Shown piece by piece: positions 26,384 to 38,000 of a DNA stretch of 64,000 nucleotides. Below the pieces are notes generated by a model. That model saw only the letters and a program-made list of their open reading frames with translations, did no database searches and had not been told where the DNA came from. The stretch spans positions 28,322,388 to 28,386,387 of the forward strand of contig NC_092670.1 of assembly GCF_964355755.1 (NCBI RefSeq), in the 5' to 3' direction. The stretch's first letter is position 1. Each line of letters opens with the position of its first letter. This stretch comes from Antedon mediterranea (lineage: Eukaryota; Animalia; Echinodermata). Position numbers and translations under genes: made by a program.

Positions 26384-27835
26384 CGCGAAATCCGTCATCT
26401 CGATTTCATATCTCAATTCACAACGGACATACGCCATGTGAGTGGAAAAGCTAATGCAGCAGCTGATGCATTGTCGCGAATCGAACTTAATACTTTCAGT
26501 CACAACACAACTAACATTGTTGATTTTAGTCTTATTGCTGCTGCACAAAAGAATGACGATGAATTGCACAAGCTACTTGAATCACCGTCTTCACTACAAT
26601 TTCAAAACTTTCCAATTCCAACTTCTGACTCTACAATTCTTTGTGATATTTCCAAAGGCAATCCACGTCCATATATCCCACAAGAATTCAGACGCATAAT
26701 ATTTGACACTCTACATTCGCTATCACATCCTGGTATACGAGCAACACAACGTTTAATTACTGACCGTTTCGTATGGCCAGCAATCAATCATGATGTACGA
26801 CGATGGTCTCAAACATGCATTCAATGTCAACGTTCCAAAGTACACCGGCACACCGTTTCGCCACTCTCTACTTTTTCTACACCTGACGCCCGTTTTGACC
26901 ATGTACATATAGATATTGTTGGACCTCTCCCTCCGTCAAATGGTTTTTCTTATTTACTCACTTTTATCGATCGTTTTACTCGATGGCCCGAAGCCGTACC
27001 TATTCCGGATATCACAGCCGATACTGTCGCACACGCATTTGTCAATCGATGGATCGCTTCATTCGGAATACCTTCAACCATTACAACAGATCGAGGAAGA
27101 CAATTTGAATCTGCATTATTTCATTCACTCGCCAACTTACTAGGAACTAAGCACATTCATACAACTGCATACCATCCTATTGCGAACGGACTTGTAGAAC
27201 GTTTTCATCGACATTTGAAGGGTTCTCTCAAAGCACATAATGATCACACTAAATGGACAGAACATTTACCTATAGTACTTTTAGACATTCGTACAGCCCT
27301 TAAGGCTGATCTAGGTCATAGTGCTGCTGAACTTGTTTATGGCACTACTTTAAGATTACCTGGACAATTCTTTAATTCAAACTCTGAACATTGTGATTAT
27401 TCTAATTATATTGATAGATTGCGTGATAATATGAGTAAACTACGTCCCACACCTACCCGCACCAACTCTAACCGTAAATCCTATATCAATCAAGAAATAT
27501 TTAATTGTACCCATGTTTTTGTGCGAAGGGACTCTGTTCGAAAACCCTTACAACGTCCATATGATGGTCCATTTAAGGTATTAAGTCGAACAGACAAACA
27601 CTTTGTTCTCGATCTAAATGGTCGACAGGACACAGTCAGTATTGATCGCCTAAAGGTAGCTCATTTGGATACTGATATATTTAAAAGCCAAGAGCAAACC
27701 CTCACTCCCAAGCTACAAGCATCACCCCTAGTCAAACCAACCAACCCGTCACCCATTTTGGCAACCCCTCCCCGTACTACTCGTTCTGGTAGACATGTTC
27801 ATTTCCCTCAACGTTTTGTCTCGTTCTATCATTAA
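26384..27835 (+). CDS. pol: pol C-terminal part: end of RNase H, tether and complete integrase (open frame)
   Basis: [15 protein letters not shown]; HHCC zinc finger (HSLSH...CIQC); DDE core ([19 protein letters not shown]); GPY/F motif ([10 protein letters not shown]...VSIDRLK); no stops. Confidence 0.93.
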   Translation, partial: REIRHLDFISQFTTDIRHVSGKANAAADALSRIELNTFSHNTTNIVDFSLIAAAQKNDDELHKLLESPSSLQFQNFPIPTSDSTILCDISKGNPRPYIPQEFRRIIFDTLHSLSHPGIRATQRLITDRFVWPAINHDVRRWSQTCIQCQRSKVHRHTVSPLSTFSTPDARFDHVHIDIVGPLPPSNGFSYLLTFIDRFTRWPEAVPIPDITADTVAHAFVNRWIASFGIPSTITTDRGRQFESALFHSLANLLGTKHIHTTAYHPIANGLVERFHRHLKGSLKAHNDHTKWTEHLPIVLLDIRTALKADLGHSAAELVYGTTLRLPGQFFNSNSEHCDYSNYIDRLRDNMSKLRPTPTRTNSNRKSYINQEIFNCTHVFVRRDSVRKPLQRPYDGPFKVLSRTDKHFVLDLNGRQDTVSIDRLKVAHLDTDIFKSQEQTLTPKLQASPLVKPTNPSPILATPPRTTRSGRHVHFPQRFVSFYH

Positions 27836-27845
27836 TTCTTTCACT

Positions 27846-27854
27846 GGAAGGGGG
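27846..27854 (+). promoter_or_regulatory. Polypurine tract
   Basis: ggaaggggg lies 4 nt upstream of the 3' LTR. Confidence 0.75.
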
Positions 27855-27858
27855 CTCC

Positions 27859-28296
27859 TGTAGCAGACCTACCACATAGCTTTTAAACAATTCAACATTT
27901 ACTTTTAATTTGATTATTTATACATCCTCTATATATCTCTTTATTTAACCTCACATTGACAGGTTACCTTCCTGTTACCTTCACTTTTCTAGCTAATGGA
28001 TTTTAAGAATGTTAATGACTCTAACAGAAAACCACATTAATTCTCTTAATCCTAATTGGTCAGATGAGATGGGCCAAGCCCAATATTACCATGCACTGAC
28101 CACATTATTAACACACTCTTTTCTCAACCAGCATCTTAGCTACACCGTTTATTGCTCTGTCTTATCAAATATTGTATATTGTATATTTTATCTATTTATT
28201 GAGAATCCTCACTTGATTCACTTGGAATAAATTGCATAGTTTACTGTATACATTTAGTAGTTGTTTTGTTTTACCGTTGCGCCGACAATTACTAAA
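27859..28296 (+). repeat. 3' LTR of Gypsy element (438 bp)
   Basis: Matches the 5' LTR except for one 5-bp indel (ctctttatttaacctc vs ctctttacctc). Confidence 0.93.
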
Positions 28297-28639
28297 GTGT
28301 AAAACGTCTCCAAATGCGATTTGAAGCTATTCTAAGCACTTTGGTGTTTTTATGTAAACAAGTTTTTTCGAAAATCACAAAATGGTGTAAAACGTCTCCA
28401 AATGCGATTTGAAGCTATTCTAAGCAATTTGGTGTTTTTATGTTAACAATTTTTTTCGAAAATCACAAATTGGTCTAAAACGTCTCCAAATGCGATTTGA
28501 AGCTATTTTAAGCACTTTGGTGTTTTTGTGTTAACAACTTTTTTAGAAAATCACAAAATGGTCTAAAACGTCTCCAAATGCGATTTGAAGCAATTCTAAG
28601 CACTTTGGTGTTTTTATGGTAACGAGTTTTTTTGAATAT
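28297..28639. repeat. 88-bp satellite, ~4 monomers between the two LTR elements
   Basis: Same consensus and orientation as the flanking arrays. Confidence 0.97.
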
Positions 28640-29250
28640 TGTAATGTAACGATATACTTTTATATTTAAGAAATCGACCTTTGTACCGGAATTCAAATAG
28701 GTTCACAAATTTGACCCAGAAAGTCCAGAGGAGAGTTTGTCCAGATGTTTTAATGACCATTTAGTTTATAATAGAATCCCTAAAGAAAACACTTAGCTTA
28801 ACTTTGTGACTTTTCCCATCGTTAAACCAGGAGTGACTGACACTATTTAAGTACAGATTTGACAGTGTCATCCATCACAGAAATACCTTATTATACCGTT
28901 AATCACTCCCACTTAAACACCCCTGGATCAACTTAGGACCAATCGTTACCCTCACAGATGATGTAATGACATTATGCAAATGAACTGAGCCAATATACTC
29001 CTAAGTTTCAGAAGGGCCAAGACACACCTTACAGCCATTTCACGGAGCACACACCTCACAGCCACTTCTTCAGAAGCAGACCTACACACACTTCACACCT
29101 CACTGACAGCATCATTGATTGTCCGTTCCTTATCTATACTTATAGTTGTATATTGTACTGAAGTATTATACTGAATAAATAATATATGTGTTACGACAGG
29201 CAAGCGAGTCAGAGTCTTCATTAGTACCTCAACAGCAACATTATATTACA
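28640..29250 (+). repeat. 5' LTR of second element (611 bp)
   Basis: Direct repeat of 31393-32003 with 7 substitutions counted by eye. Confidence 0.93.
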
Positions 29251-29380
29251 TGGTGGAAGACCCAAATTTCATAAGGAACGGAGTGAGAAAACAAGAAATA
29301 AACACTTAACAAGACAACAAGACGAAGACAAAGACAAAAATAACCATATTTGTTTGAAAGGAGAGAAATTTACTTTGACT

Positions 29381-29586
29381 CAAAAGACAAGCTGAAATTA
29401 TATTTGAATGAGATCGAGACAAGCAGAAATTTTATCAAATTATTACCATTGGATGAAGACAAAGAAGATAATCGAGGAAGACACAAAAGACAAGCTGAAA
29501 TTATATTTGAATGAAATCGAGACAAGCAGAAATTTTATGAAATTATAACCATTGGATAAAGACAAAGAAGATAATCGAGGAAGACC
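29381..29586. repeat. 103-bp tandem duplication in the internal region
   Basis: caaaagacaagctgaaattatatttgaatga... starts at 29381 and 29484. Confidence 0.9.
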
Positions 29587-29956
29587 CAAGAAGAATCAAA
29601 ACAGAAGCAAGCGGACAAGAACTGTTTCGTTTAGAGACTTTCAACTTCACGCCGTTTTTTTTCGATCGTTTTTTTAACATTTACTTTTTTGAACATTGAT
29701 GAACACCTTTCGCATTTTTTTGAATTCGTTGTTTGAAAATTTGAACATTGATGAGCACTTTAACATTTCTTTAATTCGTTGTTTGAACATTTAGACATTT
29801 TTGAACACTTTTTGCATTCCTTTAATTCATTTTTAATTGGATCCGAAGCATTTGGGGTAAGTCAAAGCCATTTTGATTTTTGATTTGTAACCTTGATTGA
29901 AAAGTGAGAGTTTACATATATATACACTAAAATTGTTTTTTAAATTGTTAAAATAA

Positions 29957-30490
29957 TTGTTGAATAAACCCGCCGATAATAATAACGAGAAAATTAAGAA
30001 CACCGTTAACGTAGTAAATGACGAAAACAATGTTTAATTTATCGACGAACATGATAGGACACCAACCCAATTGCAATCAGATACCCTTACACATCCAACT
30101 AAAGTAGAACCCCTTAACTTGCAACCTTACATTGACTGTGTAGAGAATAACATGGGATTAGCAGCCCCATTCCAAATGAAAGAAGAACAAATTAAGGAAC
30201 AAACTAATCTAATTATGACAGCACCTAATGATTCAAATATGACATTAAACCGAGGTAGATTTAAAGCAGGACATTTCCAAGTTTTAGTTTCGTATTCTAA
30301 ACCGACTTCAGCCAAACGCAACACCGATAAAACAAAACACGAATCTAATGATCGCAAATTTTGGTGGAATATTGACAGATATAACGATACAGAGAAATTG
30401 ATTAAAGAGATCATTAATGATAAACAGATACCGATAAGTGGATCGCCAAAACGATTCATAAAACGTTTGTATAATGCAACAAGTTACTGA
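29957..30490 (+). pseudogene. Residual ORF of second LTR element, unknown protein (possibly a pol C-terminal remnant)
   Basis: The 139-aa ORF at 30071-30490 extends upstream in frame through one TAA; protein-like composition; no clear catalytic motif. Confidence 0.4.
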
Positions 30491-31392
30491 TTTAATTTTT
30501 TTTGCAAGGAATTTTTTTTAATTACGACATTTGCTAAATGATAGCATAGTCTACGTATTTTTGATGAGATTTGTTTAATAATGATGTGATTTCAGTTAAA
30601 AGAGAATTGAATTTATGTTTAAGTATTGATTTTGTAACGAGTTTTTTGATAAAGATTAATTTTGAATTTTGATGATCGATATATTGAGATATTGAAAAGC
30701 CCGACAATCATTTTGTAACAAATATTTTGTTTAACCTTTGAGTCGTTAATCTCAAGCATTAATTAATTGATATACAATAACAGGAGATTTTCTTAGTACT
30801 TTTAATTGTAAATTTTTTGACATTGAGTACAAAAGTCGAATTTGTCGACCGATTGAAATCGTAATTACCTGTAAATATAAATGCTTAAATCGATAAAGTT
30901 GTGACGATAATGATATATTGTGGATAAGTTTGTGTCAACGGGACACACACATTTGTTTCTTTTAAAGTTTTAAGTGATTGAGTTTGATATTTTGATTTAG
31001 GCTAATCAGCCACAGTTTCTTGAATTTTATGTTTTGATTTGATTGATTTATGTTTGAAGACCATTAGAACGCGATGAGTTGTCGCACGATTTGATGTATG
31101 TTCAATGTAACATACTATTTTTAAGTTTTGTATTTTTATTTTCAACTGATTTATGTTTGATTTACGCGAATTTTATACCAAATTCATTTTTAATTTCATT
31201 TTTTTTAAGAGAGAGAAGAGAGAGAGTGAAAGTGATAAGGTTACACTTCAGAGTCAATGGTTTTGGCTAACTCAATTTTGCTTATATGTATAATAATGTT
31301 TTTTTCTTTTATATAACTTTAATTTTGCATGCCACTATTATAACCATTTTTATATTTTAAATAGATTTTTAAAAAAAAGGGAAACAGAGGGA

Positions 31393-32003
31393 TGTAATAT
31401 AACGATATACTTTTATATTTAAGAAATCGACCTTTGTATCGGAATTCAAATAGGTTCACAAACTTGACCCAGAAAGTCCAGAGGAGAGTTTGTCCAGATG
31501 TTTTAATGACCATTTAGTTTATAATAGAATCCCTAAAGAAAACACTTAGCTTAACTTTGTGACTTTTCCCATCGTTAAACCAGGAGTGACTGACACTATT
31601 TAAGTACAGATTTGACAGTGTCATCCATCACAGAAATACCTTATTATACCGTTAATCACTCCCACTTAAACACCCCTGGATCAACTTAGGACCAATCGTT
31701 ACCCTCACAGATGATGTAATGCCATTATGCAAATGAACTGAGCCAATATACTCCCAAGTTTCAGAAGGGCCAAGACAAACCTTACAGCCATTTCACGGAG
31801 CACACACCTCACAGCCACTTCTTCAGAAGCAGACCTACACACACTTCACACCTCACTGACAGCATCATTGATTGTCCGTTCCTTATCTATACTTATAGTT
31901 GTATATTGTACTGAAGTATTATACTGAATAAATAATATATGTGTTACGACAGTCAAGCGAGTCAGAGTCTTCATTAGTACCTCAACAGCAACATTATATT
32001 ACA
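31393..32003 (+). repeat. 3' LTR of second element (611 bp)
   Basis: 10-bp terminal inverted repeat TGTAATATAA/TTATATTACA. Confidence 0.93.
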
Positions 32004-35000
32004 ATATCACAAAATGGTCTAAAATGTCTCCAAATGCGATTTGAAGCTTTTCTAAGCACTTTGGTGTTTTTATGGTAACGAGTTATTTCGAAAATCACAA
32101 AATGGTCTAAAACGTCTCCAAATGCGATTTGAAGCTATTCTGTACACTTTGCTGTTTTGTGTGAATAATTTTTGTCAAAATGCTCAAAATGGTCAAAAAC
32201 GTTTTTAAATACTATATTAAGCTATTTTGTGCTCTTTGATGTTTTTGTGTGAAAAGTTTTATCGAAATGCTCAAAATGGTCTAAAACGGTTTCTAATGTG
32301 ATTTTAAGCACTTTGATGTTTTTATGTTAACAACTTTTTTAGAAAATTACAAAATGGTGTAAAACGTCTCCAAATGCGATTTGAAGCTATTCTAAGCAAT
32401 TTGGTGTTTTTATGTTAACAAGTTTTTTCGAAAATCACAAAATGGTCTAAAACGTCTCCAAATGCGATTTGAAGCTATTCTAAGCACTTTTGTGTTTTTA
32501 TGTTAACAAGTTTTTTCGAAAATCACAAAATGGTATAAAACGTCTCCAAATGCGATTTGAAGCTATTCTGTACACTTTACTGTTTTTTGTGAATAATTTT
32601 TGTCGAAATGCTCAAAATGGTCAAAAACGTTTTTAAATACGATATTAAGCTATTTTGTGCTCTTTGATGTTTTTGTGTGAAAAGTTTTATCGAAATGCTC
32701 CAAATGTTCTAAAACGGTTTCTAATGTGATTTTAAGCACTTTGATGTTTTTATGTTAACGAATTTTTTCGAAAATCACAAAATGGTCTAAAATGTCTCCA
32801 AATGCGATTTCAAGCTATTCTTAGCACTTTGGTGTTTTTATGTTAACAAGTTTTTTCGAAAATCACAAAATGGTCTAAAACGTCTCCAAATGCGATTTTA
32901 AGCTATTCTAAGCAATTTGGTGTTTTTATGTTAACAAGTTTTTTCGAAAATCACAAAATGGTCTAAAACGTCTCCAAATGCGATTTGAAGCTTTTCTAAG
33001 CTTACTTTGGTGTTTTTATGTTTAGGAGTTTTTTCGAAAATCACAAAATGGTCTAAAACGTCTCCAAATTCGATTTGAAGCTATTCTAAGCACTTTGGTG
33101 TTTTTATGTTAACAACTTTTTTAGAAAATCACAAAATGGTCTAAAACGGTTTCTAATGTGATTTTAAGCACTTTGATGTTTTTATGTTAACAACTTTTTT
33201 AGAAAATCACAAAATGGTCTAAAACGTCTCCAAATGCGATTTGAAGCAATTCTAAGCACTTTGGTGTTTTTATGGTAACGAGTTTTTTTGAATATCACAA
33301 AATGGTCTAAAATGTCTCCAAATGCGATTTGAAGCTTTTCTAAGCACTTTGGTGTTTTTATGTTTACAAGTTTTTTTCGAAAATCACAAAATGGTCTAAA
33401 ACGGCTCCAAATGCGATTTGAAGCTATTCTAAGCACTTTGGTGTTTTTATGTTAACAAGTTTTTTCGAAAATCACAAAATGGTCTAAAACGTCTCCAAAT
33501 GCGATTTGAAGCTATTCTGTACACTTTGCTGTTTTGTGTGAATAATTTTTTGTCGAAATGCTCAAAATGGTCAAAAACGTTTTTAAAAACGATATTAAGC
33601 TATTTTGTGCTCTTTGATGTTTTTGTGTGAAAAGTTTTATCGAAATGCTCAAAATGGTCTAAAACGGTTTCTAATGTGATTTTAAGCACTTTGATGTTTT
33701 TATGTTAACGAGTTTTTTCGAAAATCACAAAATGGTCTAAAATGTCTCCAAATGCGATTTCAAGCTATTCTTAGCACTTTGGTGTTTTTATGTTTACAAG
33801 TTTTTTCGAAAATCACAAAATGGTCTAAAACGTCGCCAAATGCGATTTGAAGCACTTTGGTGTTTTTATGGTAATTTATTTCGAAAATCACAAAATTGTC
33901 TAAAACATCTCCAAATGCGATTTTAAACTATTCTAAGCACTTTGGTGTTTTTATGTTAACAAGTTTTTTCGAAAATCACAAAATGGTCTAAAATGTCTCC
34001 AAATGTGATTTGAAGCTTTTCTAAGCACTTTGGTGTTTTTATGTTTACAAGTTTTTTCGAAAATCACAAAATGGTCTAAAACGTCTCCAAATGCGATTTG
34101 AAGCTATTCTAAGCACTTTTGTGTTTTTATGTTAACAAGTTTTTTCGAAAATCACAAAATGGTCGAAAATGTCACAAAATGCGATTTGAAGCTATTCTGT
34201 ACACTTTGCTGTTTTGTGTGAATAATTTTTTTCGAAAATCACAAAATGGTCGAAAATGTCACAAAATGCGATTTTAAGCTATTCTAAGCACTTTGGTGTT
34301 TTTATGTTAACAAGTTTTTTCGAAAATCACAAAATGGTCTAAAACGTCTCCAAATGCGATTTGAAGCTATTCTGTACACTTTGCTGTTTTGTGAGAATAA
34401 TTTTTGTCGAAATGCTCAAAATGGTCAAAAACGTTTTTAAATACGATATTAAGCTATTTTGTGCTCTTTGATGTTTTTGTGTGAAAAGTTTTATCGAAAT
34501 GCTCAAAATGGTCTAAAACGGTTTCTAATGTGATTTTAAGCACTTTGATGTTTTTATGTTAACAACTTTTTTAGAAAATTACAAAATGGTGTAAAACGTC
34601 TCCAAATGCGATTTGAAGCAATTCTAAGCACTTTGGTGTTTGGCGTTTTTAACGAGTTTTTTTGAATATCACAAAATGGTCTAAAATGTCTCCAAATGCG
34701 ATTTGAAGCTTTTCTAAGCACTTTGGTGTTTTTATGTTTACAAGTTTTTTCGAAAATCACAAAATGGTCTAAAACGGCTCCAAATGCGATTTGAAGCTAT
34801 TTTAAGCACTTTGCTGTTTTGTGTGAATAATTTTTGTCAAAATGCTCAAAATGGTCAAAAACGTTTTTAAATACTATATTAAGCTATTTTGTGCTCTTTG
34901 ATGTTTTTGTGTGAAAAGTTTTATCGAAATGCTCAAAATGGTCTAAAACGGTTTCTAATGTGATTTTAAGCACTTTGATGTTTTTATGTTAAGAACTTTT

Positions 35001-38000
35001 TTAGAAAATTACAAAATGGTGTAAAACGTCTCCAAATGCGATTTGAAGCTATTCTAAGCAATTTGGTGTTTTTATGTTAACAAGTTTTTTCGAAAATCAC
35101 AAAATGGTCTAAAACGTCTCCAAATGCGATCTGAAGCTATTCTAAGCACTTTTGTGTTTTTATGTTAACAAGTTTTTTCGAAAATCACAAAATGGTCTAA
35201 AATGTCTCCAAATGCGATTTGAAGCTTTTCTAAGCACTTTGGTGTTTTTATGTTTACAAGTTTTTTTCGAAAATCACAAAATGGTCTAAAACGTCTCCAA
35301 ATGCGATTTGAAGCTATTCTGTACACTTTGCTGTTTTGTGTGAATAATTTTTGTCAAAATGCTCAAAATGGTCAAAAACATTTTTAAAAACTATATTAAG
35401 CTATTTTGTGTTCTTTGATGTTTTTGTGTGAAAAGTTTTTTCGAAATGCTCAAAATGGTCTAAAACGGTTTCTAATGTGATTTTAAGCACTTTGATGTTT
35501 TTATGTTAACAACTTTTTTAGAAAATTACAAAATGGTCTAAAACGTCTCCAAATGCGATTTGAAGCTATTCTAAGCACTTTGGTGTTTTTATGGTAATTT
35601 ATTTCGAAAATCACAAAATGGTCTAAAACATCTCCAAATGCGATTTTAAGCTATTCTAAGCACTTTGGTGTTTTTATGTTAACAAGTTTTTTCGAAAATC
35701 ACAAAAATAGTCTAAAACGTCTCCAAATGCGATTTGAAGCTATTCTAAGCACTTTGGTGTTTTTATGTTAACAAGTTTTTTCGAAAATCACAAAATGGTG
35801 TAAAACGTCTCCAAATGCGATTTGAAGCTATTGTAAGCACTTTGGTGTTTTTATGTTAACAAGTTTTTTTGAAAATCACAAAATGGTGTAAAACGTCTCC
35901 AAATGCGATTTTAAGCTATTCTAAGCAATTTGGTGTTTTTATGTTAACAAGTTTTTTCGAAAATCACAAAATGGTCTAAAACGTCTCCAAATGCGATTTG
36001 AAGCTATTCTGTACACTTTACTGTTTTTTCTGAATAATTTTTGTCGAAATGCTCAAAATGGTCAAAAACGTTTTCAAATACGATATTAAGCTATTTTGTG
36101 CTCTTTGATGTTTTTGTGTGAAAAGTTTTATCGAAATGCTTAAAATGTTCTAAAACGGTTTCTAATGTGATTTTAAGCACTTTGATGTTTTTATGTTAAC
36201 GAATTTTTTCGAAAATCACAAAATGGTCTAAAATGTCTCCAAATGCGATTTCAAGCTATTCTTAGCACTTTGGTGTTTTATGTTAACAAGTTTTTTCGAA
36301 AATCACAAAATGGTCTAAAACGTCTCCAAATGCGATTTGAAGCTTTTCTAAGCTTACTTTGGTGTTTTTATGTTTAGGAGTTTTTTCGAAAATCACAAAA
36401 TGGTCTAAAACGTCTCCAAATTCGATTTGAAGCTATTCTAAGCACTTTGGTGTTTTTATGTTAACAACTTTTTTAGAAAATCACAAAATGGTCTAAAACG
36501 GTTTCTAATGTGATTTTAAGCACTTTGATGTTTTTATGTTAACAACTTTTTTAGAAAATCACAAAATGGTCTAAAACGTCTCCAAATGCGATTTGAAGCA
36601 ATTCTAAGCACTTTGGTGTTTTTATGGTAACGAGTTTTTTTGAATATCACAAAATGGTCTAAAATGTCTCCAAATGCGATTTGAAGCTTTTCTAAGCACT
36701 TTGGTGTTTTTATGTTTACAAGTTTTTTTCGAAAATCACAAAATGGTCTAAAACGGCTCCAAATGCGATTTGAAGCTATTCTAAGCACTTTGGTGTTTTT
36801 ATGTTAACAAGTTTTTTCGAAAATCACAAAATGGTCTAAAATGTCTCCAAATGCGATTTGAAGCTTTTCTAAGCACTTTGGTGTTTTTATGTTTACAAGT
36901 TTTTTCGAAAATCACAAAATGGTCTAAAACGTCTCCAAATGCGATTTGAAGCTATTCTAAGCACTTTGGTGTTTTTATGGTAATTTATTTCGAAAATCAC
37001 AAAATGGTCTAAAACATCTCCAAATGCGATTTTAAGCTATTCTAAGCACTTTGGTGTTTTTATGTTAACAAGTTTTTTCGAAAATCACAAAAATAGTCTA
37101 AAACGTCTCCAAATGCGATTTGAAGCTATTCTAAGCACTTTGGTGTTTTTATGTTAACAAGTTTTTTCGAAAATCACAAAATGGTGTAAAACGTCTCCAA
37201 ATGCGATTTGAAGCTATTGTAAGCACTTTGGTGTTTTTATGTTAACAAGTTTTTTTGAAAATCACAAAATGGTGTAAAACGTCTCCAAATGCGATTTTAA
37301 GCTATTCTAAGCAATTTGGTGTTTTTATGTTAACAAGTTTTTTCGAAAATCACAAAATGGTCTAAAACGTCTCCAAATGCGATTTGAAGCTATTCTGTAC
37401 ACTTTACTGTTTTTTCTGAATAATTTTTGTCGAAATGCTCAAAATGGTCAAAAACGTTTTCAAATACGATATTAAGCTATTTTGTGCTCTTTGATGTTTT
37501 TGTGTGAAAAGTTTTATCGAAATGCTTAAAATGTTCTAAAACGGTTTCTAATGTGATTTTAAGCACTTTGATGTTTTTATGTTAACGAATTTTTTCGAAA
37601 ATCACAAAATGGTCTAAAATGTCTCCAAATGCGATTTCAAGCTATTCTTAGCACTTTGGTGTTTTATGTTAACAAGTTTTTTCGAAAATCACAAAATGGT
37701 CTAAAACGTCTCCAAATGCGATTTGAAGCTTTTCTAAGCTTACTTTGGTGTTTTTATGTTTAGGAGTTTTTTCGAAAATCACAAAATGGTCTAAAACGTC
37801 TCCAAATTCGATTTGAAGCTATTCTAAGCACTTTGGTGTTTTTATGTTAACAACTTTTTTAGAAAATCACAAAATGGTCTAAAACGGTTTCTAATGTGAT
37901 TTTAAGCACTTTGATGTTTTTATGTTAACAACTTTTTTAGAAAATCACAAAATGGTCTAAAACGTCTCCAAATGCGATTTGAAGCAATTCTAAGCACTTT

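Larger units (their letters stand above)
21387..28296 (+). mobile_element. Ty3/Gypsy LTR retrotransposon (CsRn1-like), internally deleted, with a nested DNA transposon; copy A
   Basis: Paired LTRs, 4-bp TSD GTGT (21383-86, 28297-300) that restores satellite ggtgtaaaacg, tRNA-Trp PBS, PPT, and gag/RNase H/integrase in Gypsy order. Confidence 0.95.
28640..32003 (+). mobile_element. Non-autonomous LTR retrotransposon (LARD-like), 3364 bp; copy A
   Basis: 611-bp LTRs TGTAAT...ATTACA; TSD ATAT (28636-39, 32004-07) restores satellite gaatatcac; TGG-starting PBS-like site at 29251; PPT aaaaaaaagggaaacagaggga at 31371-31392; no RT/IN motifs. Confidence 0.93.
6400..33486. repeat. Copy A of a >=27-kb segmental/tandem duplication (offset 30,514 bp)
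   Basis: All non-satellite ORFs recur at +30514 (e.g. 21532/52046, 26342/56856, 33182/63696). Satellite variant markers also match (ggtaatttatttc 6465/36979). Confidence 0.95.
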
